Source of the DNA: Bacteroidota bacterium | Lineage (GTDB): Bacteria > Bacteroidota > Bacteroidia > Flavobacteriales > Flavobacteriaceae | Length of the DNA: 64,000 bases | Assembly: GCA_039184335.1 (NCBI GenBank) | Contig: JBCDBD010000012.1 | Coordinates: 3,780 to 67,779, forward strand | Direction of reading: 5' to 3' | Part shown: positions 28,729-38,018 of the stretch, one piece after another | Numbering within the stretch: position 1 is the stretch's first letter | How the letters are laid out: each line of letters begins with the position of its first letter | Made by a program: the position numbers and the translations under genes | Notes under the pieces: model-generated | Databases searched by the model: none | Seen by the model: only the letters and a program-made list of their open reading frames with translations | What the model was told of the DNA's origin: nothing

Positions 28729-30056
28729 TACCGCATATTTTGCATCATTTGCATCATTTTTTTGCCCCCGCCACCTTGCATCATCTTCATCATTTTGCTC
28801 ATTTGGTTGAACTGCTTCAACAATTGGTTCACATCTTGAATAGATCGACCACTGCCCTGGGCAATGCGCTTTTTTCGACTTGAGTTCAATTTTGACGGAT
28901 TGGAGCGCTCATCTGGGGTCATGGAATAGATGATCGCCTCAATATGCTTGAATGCATCATCGTCAATATCCAATCCCTTAAGGGCTTTTCCCATACCCGG
29001 GATCATCCCCATCAGATCTTTCATATTGCCCATTTTCTTGATCTGTTGGATTTGGCTCAAGAAATCATCAAAACCGAAGCGGTTCTTGGCAATTTTTTTC
29101 TGGATTTTACGAGCCTGCTCCTCATCAAATTGTTCTTGGGCACGCTCGACCAGGGAGACGACATCACCCATTCCCAAAATACGATCGGCCATTCGAGATG
29201 GGTAAAAGACATCAATTGCCTCCATTTTTTCCCCTGTACCAATAAATTTGATAGGCTTGTCAACCACTGATTTTATGGATATCGCCGCTCCGCCACGGGT
29301 ATCACCATCAAGTTTGGTCAAAATGACCCCATCAAAATTCAACACATCATTAAATGCCTTAGCTGTATTGACCGCATCTTGACCCGTCATGGAATCAACC
29401 ACAAACAAAGTCTCTTGCGGACTGACCGTCTTATGGATATTGGCAATTTCGGTCATCATCTGCTCATCAACGGCCAAACGACCCGCCGTATCGATGATGA
29501 CTACATTGTTACCATTTGCCTTGGCCTGTTGAATACCTGCTTGGGCTATGGCCACCGGATCTTGGTTTTCGCTATCGGAATAGACCGCAACACCTACTTG
29601 TTCACCAACTATGTGCAATTGGTCGATGGCAGCCGGGCGATAGACATCACAAGCCACCAAAAGTGGTTTTTTGCTTTTCTTGTTTTTAAGGTAGTTGGCC
29701 AGTTTGCCCGAAAAAGTGGTCTTACCAGAACCTTGGAGACCCGACATCAAAATCACTGAAAGGTTACCTGATAAATTGAGCTCTGTGGCGTCGCCACCCA
29801 TCAACTCGGTCAGTTCATCCTTCACGATCTTGACCATCAATTGCCCTGGCTGTAAGGTGGTCAACACGTTTTGGCCCAAGGCCTTTTCCTTTACCCTATT
29901 GGTAAATTCCTTGGCTATCTTAAAATTGACATCAGCGTCCAACAAGGCACGACGTACTTCTTTCAAGGTTTCGGCAACATTGATTTCAGTAATCTGACCA
30001 TGGCCCTTGAGCACATGGAGGGCCTTGTCGAGCTTTTCACTTAAATTATCAAACAT
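28728..30056 (-). CDS. ffh: signal recognition particle protein
   Basis: It has the GLQGSGKTT P-loop, DTAGR, and a Met-rich M domain and tail. Confidence 0.95.
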   Translation of the reverse strand: MFDNLSEKLDKALHVLKGHGQITEINVAETLKEVRRALLDADVNFKIAKEFTNRVKEKALGQNVLTTLQPGQLMVKIVKDELTELMGGDATELNLSGNLSVILMSGLQGSGKTTFSGKLANYLKNKKSKKPLLVACDVYRPAAIDQLHIVGEQVGVAVYSDSENQDPVAIAQAGIQQAKANGNNVVIIDTAGRLAVDEQMMTEIANIHKTVSPQETLFVVDSMTGQDAVNTAKAFNDVLNFDGVILTKLDGDTRGGAAISIKSVVDKPIKFIGTGEKMEAIDVFYPSRMADRILGMGDVVSLVERAQEQFDEEQARKIQKKIAKNRFGFDDFLSQIQQIKKMGNMKDLMGMIPGMGKALKGLDIDDDAFKHIEAIIYSMTPDERSNPSKLNSSRKKRIAQGSGRSIQDVNQLLKQFNQMSKMMKMMQGGGGKKMMQMMQNMR

Positions 30057-30101
30057 CTACGTACTGCATTTTTAGGGAAGCACAAATTTAAGAATAAAAA
30101 G

Positions 30102-30133
30102 AAAAGGACAGCCTTCCCCAAGGCTGTCCTTTT
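30102..30133 (-). terminator. intrinsic terminator downstream of the acidic lipoprotein gene
   Basis: AAAAGGACAGCCTT / AAGGCTGTCCTTTT stem with a CCCC loop. The T-run lies on the minus strand. Confidence 0.6.
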
Positions 30134-30160
30134 CAAAAAAGACTAGGGGGCAAAAAAGGG

Positions 30161-31990
30161 TTATAATTTCTTTTCGAAGACCAGGGTCTTATAATTTACC
30201 TCTTCATCTTCATACACCAGCATGATGCGTTCTGAAGAAAATTCGACCACATACCAAGGTTCAGTAAGTTCCCCAAAAGTACCGTCACCACCAAGGTTTA
30301 AGTAAAACTGAACATTATCTCCAGTATTTCTGATAGCACGCCAAACACCAGCCACTATGGGATCATCATTGATGGATACCTCAACTTGGTTGAAGTTGGA
30401 AAATCCAAAATCCATTCCTTGGTAATTTTCGGTCCCATCGACACCTTCGTTGTCGTATAAGGTTATGTTCCATAGTCCACCAAGCACACTATTTCTTATT
30501 TCGGCTACCTCATCATCATCTGCGTTATCATCACAAATTTTTTGCAGCACCATTTTATAGTCAATGGTTTCATCTTTTAAGACTATCCGAGTGGTCTCTA
30601 CAACACTTTCGCCAAAAATATCGACTACAGGCCATTCGAGAGTTACTGCGTTTTCAGCCATAATTTCAATGAATAGGGTGCGCATGCCTTCTTCATTGGC
30701 CCCTACTTCCCAAGTTCCATCGAAAATGGAGATACCGTCTCCCAAGGTCACCATACCGTCTTCCCCGAATATGAACTCGAACCCTAAAAGTCTTTTGACA
30801 TCTTCACCTTGCAGTTTCAGGTCTTCAATGATCCATTCGCATTCCTTTAGCGTATTGGTCAAGGTTTCAATACTGATGATCCCGTTATCACCATCATCAT
30901 CGTCACCATCATCATCATCGTCACCATCATCGTCGTCGTCGTCACAATGTTGCCTTAAAATGATCCTATTGCCTTCATCAGCGTATAACTTGATCTTATG
31001 TTCATTAATTTCATACACCAACCATTCTAAAGAGAAATCAACCAATACATCAAATGCCAGGTTCAATACCGCACCACGATCAGAAATGCTGGAGGTCCAC
31101 TCCCCGTTCAATACATTGCCTTCTCTATCTTTAACGGTAACACCACCATCTTCTGTAAAGATCATCAGATACTCTATGTATTGATCGGTCTGATTGACAT
31201 CATTTCTTTTGACTTCGAGTACCACCCAAGGACACTCAACCAAAAGATGGTTCAATCGTTCCAATGAAAAATCATCATCATTGAAATCATCATCATCGTC
31301 TTCATCACATTCATCTTCTGCGGTTTCCAAGGCATTGGCCAACTCTGCATTGCTATCGACAACAATTTCGGTCCCATCATACTTTTTCAGTGTGATCGGA
31401 AAATCAAGACTTACCAGATCATCGTCTTCAAGACCGTTCAAAAAATGTTGCAGTTCACGGTCACTTGTCACCGTCACATTCCCTGTTTGCTGTTCGTTGA
31501 TATCAAAGGTGAACAAGGTGATAGGGTATACAAAATCGATACATTCGATATCATCGTCTTCTCCCCCTTCTAGGCACTCATCAATAAAATCTTCTAAAAG
31601 ATCGGCGCTTTCAATGACCACTTCAGTAAAATCGGCCAAGGTGATGGTAATCGGAAAAATAATCTCCAAGATATCGGTATCATCATCAAATTCATCAAAA
31701 ACCGCTTCAATCAGTTCAAGGTCTTCGATGGCATCAATGGTAATTTGCACACCATTGACATCGACCGTGTATGGGAACTCGATGGCAACACAGCTTGCGC
31801 CATCTACAATATTATCAAACGACCCATCATTCGAGGCTGTTTTTACAATCAACTCGGCAGTAGATGAACCTGCCATAAGGGTCTCTTGCCCATTGTCACC
31901 GATTTCTTCAAACTCATCTTGACAAGACGTGAAATTGAGCGCCGTGACAAGCAGGCCAACACACAATAAGCTATAAATCAACTTTTTCAT
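30161..31990 (-). CDS. highly acidic repeat lipoprotein (hypothetical)
   Basis: The start is taken at MKKLIYSLLCVGLLVTALNFTSC (cat at 31988..31990). The longer track ORF would overlap the divergent sigma-factor gene. The protein has four FP(Y/I)T modules and three EC.W...G.W lipocalin-like modules, separated by poly-Asp/Glu linkers. Confidence 0.7.
   Translation of the reverse strand: MKKLIYSLLCVGLLVTALNFTSCQDEFEEIGDNGQETLMAGSSTAELIVKTASNDGSFDNIVDGASCVAIEFPYTVDVNGVQITIDAIEDLELIEAVFDEFDDDTDILEIIFPITITLADFTEVVIESADLLEDFIDECLEGGEDDDIECIDFVYPITLFTFDINEQQTGNVTVTSDRELQHFLNGLEDDDLVSLDFPITLKKYDGTEIVVDSNAELANALETAEDECDEDDDDDFNDDDFSLERLNHLLVECPWVVLEVKRNDVNQTDQYIEYLMIFTEDGGVTVKDREGNVLNGEWTSSISDRGAVLNLAFDVLVDFSLEWLVYEINEHKIKLYADEGNRIILRQHCDDDDDDGDDDDDGDDDDGDNGIISIETLTNTLKECEWIIEDLKLQGEDVKRLLGFEFIFGEDGMVTLGDGISIFDGTWEVGANEEGMRTLFIEIMAENAVTLEWPVVDIFGESVVETTRIVLKDETIDYKMVLQKICDDNADDDEVAEIRNSVLGGLWNITLYDNEGVDGTENYQGMDFGFSNFNQVEVSINDDPIVAGVWRAIRNTGDNVQFYLNLGGDGTFGELTEPWYVVEFSSERIMLVYEDEEVNYKTLVFEKKL
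30886..30946 (-). repeat. GAT/GAC trinucleotide-rich tract encoding poly-Asp linker
   Basis: The plus strand reads atcaccatcatcatcgtcaccatcatcatcatcgtcaccatcatcgtcgtcgtcgtc. This encodes DDDDDDGDDDDDGDDDDGD. Confidence 0.85.
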
Positions 31991-32104
31991 AAGGATTTGG
32001 ATTTTTTTGTTGTTCGTACGACCATGAAACAATCCGCTTTTAAAAAACCCTACCCTTTTCTTAATTTTTTTAAAATATCTTTGACAAACTGTTAAGCCAT
32101 TTGC

Positions 32105-32605
32105 ATGGACAATGTTTGTGAAGAGCAGGTCTTCAGCATTATTTTCAAAACCAATTCTAAAACGGTTTTCAATTACATATATTATAAGTTCGGTAATGCG
32201 GAAAAAGCACATGATGCCGTACAAGAAGCGTTTGTGAAATTGTGGCAGAATTGCGCCAAAGTGAGCCCTGAAAAAGCAAAGTCTTATTTGTATACCGTAG
32301 CGAACAATTTATACCTGAATGTGATAAAGGCAGAAAAGGTACGGTTGAAATATGCCAATCAACATTCTGGTTCCATTTCAAGTGAATCGCCTGAATATGT
32401 TCTGGAAGAGAAACAGTTCAAAGAAAAGCTAGACGATGCCCTGAACAGTTTGCCTGAAAACCAACGGGTCACTTTTTTGTTGAATCGGGTAGATGGGAAA
32501 AAATATGCAGAGATTGCCGAAATGGAAGGAGTGGGCATCAAGGCCATCGAAAAACGAATGCATTTGGCCTTAAAGGCATTGCGTGAAAAAATCGAGGGAA
32601 TCTAA
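32105..32605 (+). CDS. ECF-type RNA polymerase sigma-70 factor
   Basis: 166 aa. Region 2 reads DAVQEAFVKLW. Region 4 reads LPENQRVTFLLNRVDGKKYAEIAEMEGVGIKAIEKRM. Confidence 0.9.
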   Translation: MDNVCEEQVFSIIFKTNSKTVFNYIYYKFGNAEKAHDAVQEAFVKLWQNCAKVSPEKAKSYLYTVANNLYLNVIKAEKVRLKYANQHSGSISSESPEYVLEEKQFKEKLDDALNSLPENQRVTFLLNRVDGKKYAEIAEMEGVGIKAIEKRMHLALKALREKIEGI

Positions 32606-32783
32606 TCTTTAGCAATAATGTTGTCGGGCAGTAATTTGTTGGTGACTTATGGCAATTGAGTGAAAAACCGATGATTTTACCACAACTGTTTTTAGTTCAA
32701 AATTGTTGATTGCAAATGCATATCAAAAGAAAAGTAGGGTTTTTTGAACCTAAGTTGTTGTAACAGTGTAAAGCATAGAACTC

Positions 32784-33695
32784 ATGCAAGAAAATTATTT
32801 GGCTAAATGGCTTAATGACGAACTCTCTGAGGAAGAACTCGCCACTTTCAGAAAGTCTGACACTTATGCTACCTATCAAAGAATTCGAGAGGCTTCCACC
32901 CAAATGGAGGCCCCGGAATTTGACATTGATCAAGCATGGTCCACCCTTAAATCTGGGGTATCAGTCAATGAACCCAAAGTGCTCCCATTTCGTCCTTATA
33001 AGAAATTCTTGCGTGTGGCTGCCATAATAGCGGTCATGCTGGCCGGTTCTTACTTTTACCTAGGCACTTTAGATGAAACCTATAAGACCCAATTGGCCGA
33101 ACGTACCGAAGTTATTCTGCCCGACAATTCTGAAATTACCTTGAATGCAGGCTCCAAGGTCTCATTCAGTGCAAAAAAATGGAATGAAAGCCGAAATGTC
33201 GATTTGGAAGGTGAGGCGTTTTTCAAAGTTGCCAAGGGAAAAAAATTTACGGTCTCAACTGCAGATGGTACTGTCGCTGTACTGGGCACCCAGTTCAATG
33301 TTGAAAACCGTAACGGTTTTTTCGAGGTCACCTGTTACGAAGGCTTGGTCAGTGTCAGCTATAATACCATTGAGAAAAAGTTGCCCGCAGGTGCATCGTT
33401 CCTGGCCATCGACGGCATCGTCCAAGACCTACCACATACCAGCATATCAGCCCCTTCTTGGGTAAATAACGAAAGTAGTTTCAAAAGTATTCCCTTAAGA
33501 TATGTGCTGGATGAATTTAAAAGACAGTATGATATGAAGGTTACTATCAAAAATATAAATACAGCCCAATTATTTACAGGATCTTTTAGCAACACAGACA
33601 TCAATTTAGCGTTAGAAAGTATAAGTACCCCTTCCCAGATTAGTTATAAATTAGGAGAAGATAACGTGCTTTTCTATGCTGGAGACACTCCGTAG
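32784..33695 (+). CDS. FecR-family anti-sigma factor
   Basis: 303 aa. It has a single TM (AAIIAVMLAGSYFYL) and a FecR domain (LPDNSEITLNAGSKVSF...GEAFFKVAKG..FTV.T....V.VLGTQFNV). Confidence 0.9.
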   Translation: MQENYLAKWLNDELSEEELATFRKSDTYATYQRIREASTQMEAPEFDIDQAWSTLKSGVSVNEPKVLPFRPYKKFLRVAAIIAVMLAGSYFYLGTLDETYKTQLAERTEVILPDNSEITLNAGSKVSFSAKKWNESRNVDLEGEAFFKVAKGKKFTVSTADGTVAVLGTQFNVENRNGFFEVTCYEGLVSVSYNTIEKKLPAGASFLAIDGIVQDLPHTSISAPSWVNNESSFKSIPLRYVLDEFKRQYDMKVTIKNINTAQLFTGSFSNTDINLALESISTPSQISYKLGEDNVLFYAGDTP

Positions 33696-36243
33696 TATCT
33701 TTTTGAAATTCGTATTGTCAGGATTCTTTTTTCTGCAATCGATTTTACCCCTTCATGCACAAGAGGCCAAAACTGAAAGGCTCATTTCTTATTTGACCCA
33801 ACTTGAGCATAGGTTCGATATCAAATTTTCGTATGTTGATGAAGATGTAAAGAATGTGATGATTTCCTTCCCTCAGCCAAGCACTTTGAAAGAAAAACTT
33901 CTGGCTATTGAGACCCTCACCCAGTTAAAGATAAAAAAACTCAATGACCGCTATTATACCATAGTAAAAAGCGCGTTGGTAGATATTTGTGGAAGAGTAC
34001 TTGATAATTTTGCCAAAAATAACGTTCCTGGAGCCACAGTTGAGGTTTTGGGCAGTGAAATTGCCGTTATCACTGATGCAAATGGCAATTTTTCATTACC
34101 TGGTATTCCCCGGGGGACTTCATTAAAAATTCGGTATTTGGGATATACCACAAAGTATATGGATGTCGATAATTTTATCGAGCAAGGAGGTTGCCCAAAA
34201 ATACTGCTGGCCCAGAATTACGAACGATTGGATGAGGTAGTGATCTATGAATTTTTGACTTCAGGGATCAGCAAACAGGAAGATGCAAGCATCACCTTAA
34301 ACACAAACGAGCTCGGTATTCTACCAGGGCTCATAGAGCCCGACGTATTACAGACCGTACAGTCACTTCCTGGTATTAAAAGCATTGATGAAACGGTATC
34401 TGACATCAATGTCAGAGGGGGTACCAATGACCAAAACCTCATATTATGGAATGGCATAAAAATGTACCAATCAGGTCACTTTTTTGGACTTATCTCTGCA
34501 TTCAATCCCTACCTCACCGATAAGGTCACTATCTATAAAAACGGAACCCCTGGCCAGTATGGTGATGGTGTAAGCAGCGTTATCAGTATGGAAACCAAAA
34601 ACACAATCGACAATTATTATTGGGGGGGAGCCGGTTTTAATTTTATAAGTGGCGATGTCTATGGTCAAATACCCATAAATGATAAGCTGGCATTCCAATT
34701 TTCAGCAAGACGTTCCACAACTGATTTTTTGAATACCCCGGCCTACAATAGCTTTACCGATCGGGCATTTCAAGATACCGAGATCCGCAACCAACAAAAC
34801 CAATCCATTGAAGAAGAATTTCAACGCGATGAAAAGTTCTTCTTTTATGATTTCACTGCAAAAGTGCTTTATAAGATCAATGACTTACATGAATTGCGAC
34901 TTAATTTTATAGGTATCGATAATGACCTTGACTTTTCTGAAACCAGTATCGCCGCAAATGAAACCACCCGAAGCTTTTTAGACCAGACCAATGTATCGCT
35001 GGGCCTACAGTTTCAAAGCAATTGGACCAATCGGTTTTCTTCACATGTAAATGTATACTATTCAAATTACGACTTAGATGCCCAGAGTATTTCTGCGCTT
35101 CAAGAACAACAGTTGTTTCAACAGAACAGTGTTGATGAAAGGGCCTTAAAGGTCAACACCATTTTTAAGGTAAATGAATCACTTCAATTGGACAATGGAT
35201 ACCAATATATAGAAACTGGTATTACCAATACTGCATTTGTCACACAACCGCCATTTGACAGTAACAGTAAGGGTGTGATTCGAATTCATGCCCCTTATTC
35301 AGAGCTGGCCTACACTTCTAATAAAGAAAAGTTCATAGCCCGAGGTGGGTTGCGCGTCAACTACATTGAGAATCTCAATACCTTTAACACCATTTTATGG
35401 GAACCCCGTATCAATATCAATTTTCGATTGGCCAACTACCTTAGGGGCGAATTCTTGGGAGAGTTCAAGAGTCAAACGACCAATCAGGTCATCGATCTGG
35501 AGCAAAACTTTTTAGGTATCGAAAAACGCCGGTGGATTCTTTCTGATGACAATACCTTGCCCATCACTGAGAGCAAACAGGGTTCTTTCGGACTAAACTA
35601 CGCCAAAAATTCACTCTACATAGGTATAGAAGGTTTTTATAAACATGTAGATGGTATCAGTACCCGAACCCAAGGGTTTCAAAATGAAAATCAGTTCGAT
35701 GGTGAAATTGGAAGCTATGAAATCAGGGGTCTTGAATTTCTTATCAACAAAAAGGGAGTAAATTACAGTACGTGGTTGAGCTACACCTATAACAAAAATG
35801 ATTACACCTTTGGGGAAATTGACCCCAATACTTTTCCAAATAACCTAGATGTACGGCATACCCTGACTTTTGCAAGCTCATATAACTTAAAGCACTTGAA
35901 ATTGAGCTTTGGTATCAATTACAGAACGGGCAAACCCTTTACAGCGCCCCAACTGGGCGATCAAGCATTGAACACTACGGTTTTTCCTGCACAAATCAAC
36001 TATCAGCCTCCCAATAGCGACAGACTACCCGAATATTTTAGGTTTGATATGTCGGCCACCTATGATTTTGATATTGGCCAAAGAATAAGGGCCAGTTCAG
36101 GACTGTCACTGCTTAATCTGACCAATAGAAAAAACATTTTAAATCGCTATTACAGGGTTGCTGATGACAATTCATCGATTGAAACTGTAGAAAACATCTC
36201 ACTGGGCATTACACCAAATGTCAGCTTCAGGATTCGTTTTTAA
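33676..36243 (+). CDS. TonB-dependent receptor/transducer with N-terminal signalling (STN-like) extension and CarboxypepD_reg domain
   Basis: After the signal peptide comes a RFDIKFSY-type N-terminal extension. A CarboxypepD_reg-like segment follows (GRVLD...GATVEV...TDANGNFSL). A plug and barrel complete the protein, which ends in terminal ...FRIRF. It overlaps the fecR-like gene by 20 nt. Confidence 0.9.
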   Translation: MLETLRSIFLKFVLSGFFFLQSILPLHAQEAKTERLISYLTQLEHRFDIKFSYVDEDVKNVMISFPQPSTLKEKLLAIETLTQLKIKKLNDRYYTIVKSALVDICGRVLDNFAKNNVPGATVEVLGSEIAVITDANGNFSLPGIPRGTSLKIRYLGYTTKYMDVDNFIEQGGCPKILLAQNYERLDEVVIYEFLTSGISKQEDASITLNTNELGILPGLIEPDVLQTVQSLPGIKSIDETVSDINVRGGTNDQNLILWNGIKMYQSGHFFGLISAFNPYLTDKVTIYKNGTPGQYGDGVSSVISMETKNTIDNYYWGGAGFNFISGDVYGQIPINDKLAFQFSARRSTTDFLNTPAYNSFTDRAFQDTEIRNQQNQSIEEEFQRDEKFFFYDFTAKVLYKINDLHELRLNFIGIDNDLDFSETSIAANETTRSFLDQTNVSLGLQFQSNWTNRFSSHVNVYYSNYDLDAQSISALQEQQLFQQNSVDERALKVNTIFKVNESLQLDNGYQYIETGITNTAFVTQPPFDSNSKGVIRIHAPYSELAYTSNKEKFIARGGLRVNYIENLNTFNTILWEPRININFRLANYLRGEFLGEFKSQTTNQVIDLEQNFLGIEKRRWILSDDNTLPITESKQGSFGLNYAKNSLYIGIEGFYKHVDGISTRTQGFQNENQFDGEIGSYEIRGLEFLINKKGVNYSTWLSYTYNKNDYTFGEIDPNTFPNNLDVRHTLTFASSYNLKHLKLSFGINYRTGKPFTAPQLGDQALNTTVFPAQINYQPPNSDRLPEYFRFDMSATYDFDIGQRIRASSGLSLLNLTNRKNILNRYYRVADDNSSIETVENISLGITPNVSFRIRF

Positions 36244-37145
36244 TCCTCATCAATAAAGGACATCACCAACACATGGGGAAAAGTTACCGCAGCCAAGAAA
36301 TAGAGCAAAATCGATATAAAGAATTGGTTGTTGCCACGCAAAAGAAAATATAGCATTAAAAGACCAAAAATTGAAAGTAACCAATACACCCACGAATATC
36401 TTACATATCGCCACAGACTTGCTTTGTCAACTTTACCAAATAAAAACCATGTTTGGTCCATTAAAGAGGGGATACTGTGCCAAATGACAAAATAAACGCA
36501 AAAACCCCATAACAACGAAGCTGTATAAAACACGACATAAAACACGATAAGAAGAAAAAGCTCTTCAACGGCATGAAACTGAAGCCATCCTAGATAGGTG
36601 TATACACCAATAAAGACAATACTACCTAAGGTCGTAATTAAAAAACCATGATACAAAAACGACCTACGAAGTTCAAATGAACTTATATCGTTAATAATCA
36701 AAATAACTTGTTCGCTTTTGATATAGAAGATCATAAACAAAATACACAAGCCATAGGTTGTATAAAAAAAAGGATTCCAAAATGAATTTACCTTTGTTTT
36801 CTTCTTCCAATGCTGTTCCCCAAAATGAAACCCACTTATGGCGATAAAAACCAATAAAGCCAAGTCGGGAAAGAGATAAAAGAGTAAAAACATCAAACCG
36901 ATCACTGCGACATACACCAATAGAATGGCGTACCGATAAAACTTCAATCCTTTGTTTTTTGAAATCGTGTTGATTATTTTGATATCATTTGATCCATGGA
37001 GCATTCCAAAACTAAAAATCAATGTGTAAGACAGTACCGCTTCAATATTCTCATCAAAAAATACGGCCAGCCAAAGCGCGAAAAAAGTAACAACGACCAT
37101 TGCACTTTTCATTTTAATAAAATCAACCCTCTTTTGCTGAGACAT
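36240..37145 (-). CDS. blh: Brp/Blh-family beta-carotene 15,15'-dioxygenase
   Basis: 301-aa polytopic membrane protein with conserved His residues (MLHGSND, GFHFGEQHW, WHSIPS, TFPHV). It is divergent from the rhodopsin gene. Confidence 0.8.
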   Translation of the reverse strand: MSQQKRVDFIKMKSAMVVVTFFALWLAVFFDENIEAVLSYTLIFSFGMLHGSNDIKIINTISKNKGLKFYRYAILLVYVAVIGLMFLLFYLFPDLALLVFIAISGFHFGEQHWKKKTKVNSFWNPFFYTTYGLCILFMIFYIKSEQVILIINDISSFELRRSFLYHGFLITTLGSIVFIGVYTYLGWLQFHAVEELFLLIVFYVVFYTASLLWGFCVYFVIWHSIPSLMDQTWFLFGKVDKASLWRYVRYSWVYWLLSIFGLLMLYFLLRGNNQFFISILLYFLAAVTFPHVLVMSFIDED

Positions 37146-37229
37146 TTTTAAAAAAGTATAGACAAAATTATGAATTTTTGTTTAAGTTTTCATATATTTA
37201 CTTAAACAAAATTAATTAACTATATATAC

Positions 37230-37967
37230 ATGAAAACTTTAATTTTCAATTTACCGCTGTTAGCAGATGTTTCAAAAATTGCAACAGACGACTATGTGGG
37301 CTTCACCTTCTTCGTGGGTTGTATGGCCATGATGGCAGCTTCTGCCTTTTTCTTTTTATCAATGAACAGTTTTGATAAGAAGTGGAAAACTTCGATCCTA
37401 GTTTCTGGATTAATTACTTTTATTGCCGCGGTACACTATTGGTACATGCGTGATTATTGGGCGTCCAATATGGAATCACCAACATTTTTCCGATATGTAG
37501 ACTGGATTTTGACCGTACCACTAATGTGTGTCGAATTCTATCTGATATTGAAAGTGGCCGGTGCCAAAAAATCTTTGATGTGGAAATTGATCATTTTATC
37601 AGTGGTCATGCTGGTGACTGGGTACATTGGTGAAACCGTATTTAGGCAACAAGCCCAAATTTGGGGTCTGATTTCGGGTATCGCTTATTTTGCCATCGTA
37701 TATGAAATATGGCTTGGAGGTGCCAAAAAATTGGCTGAAGAAGCTGGGGGAGCCGTATTGAAGGCCCACAAGACCCTATGTTGGTTTGTATTGGTAGGCT
37801 GGGCCATCTACCCTATTGGATACATGGCAGGTACACCGGGTTGGTATGAAGGAATCTTTGGTGGACTCTCATTGGATGTTGTCTACAACATTGGTGATGC
37901 CATCAACAAAATTGGTTTTGGATTGGTTGTCTATAACCTTGCGGTTACAGCAACATCCGATTCATAG
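37230..37967 (+). CDS. proteorhodopsin (light-driven proton pump type)
   Basis: 245 aa, 7 TM. It has RYVDWILTVPLMCVEF (a DTE motif with Met at the tuning position). It also has WAIYPIGY and DAINKIG with the Schiff-base Lys. Confidence 0.9.
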   Translation: MKTLIFNLPLLADVSKIATDDYVGFTFFVGCMAMMAASAFFFLSMNSFDKKWKTSILVSGLITFIAAVHYWYMRDYWASNMESPTFFRYVDWILTVPLMCVEFYLILKVAGAKKSLMWKLIILSVVMLVTGYIGETVFRQQAQIWGLISGIAYFAIVYEIWLGGAKKLAEEAGGAVLKAHKTLCWFVLVGWAIYPIGYMAGTPGWYEGIFGGLSLDVVYNIGDAINKIGFGLVVYNLAVTATSDS

Positions 37968-37990
37968 TTTTTTTAGTTGGTTAAAAAAAA

Positions 37991-38018
37991 GGGGGGCATT
38001 GTACAATGCCCCCTTTTT
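37991..38018. terminator. bidirectional intrinsic terminator (rhodopsin gene / argS)
   Basis: The GGGGGCATTG..CAATGCCCCC stem is flanked by an A8 run upstream and a T5 run downstream. Confidence 0.75.

Noticed and set aside
30564-31922. Two long Ser-rich plus-strand ORFs (206 aa and 242 aa).
   Set aside because: They lie antisense to the Asp/Glu-rich lipoprotein gene. GAT/GAA-rich codons read as ATC/TTC/TCx on the other strand, which gives stop-free Ser/Ile-rich artefacts.
31991-32224. A 78-aa N-terminal extension of the acidic lipoprotein ORF (the track start is at 32224).
   Set aside because: The extension overlaps the divergent ECF sigma gene start (32105). It also precedes a textbook lipoprotein signal peptide beginning at the Met at 31990.
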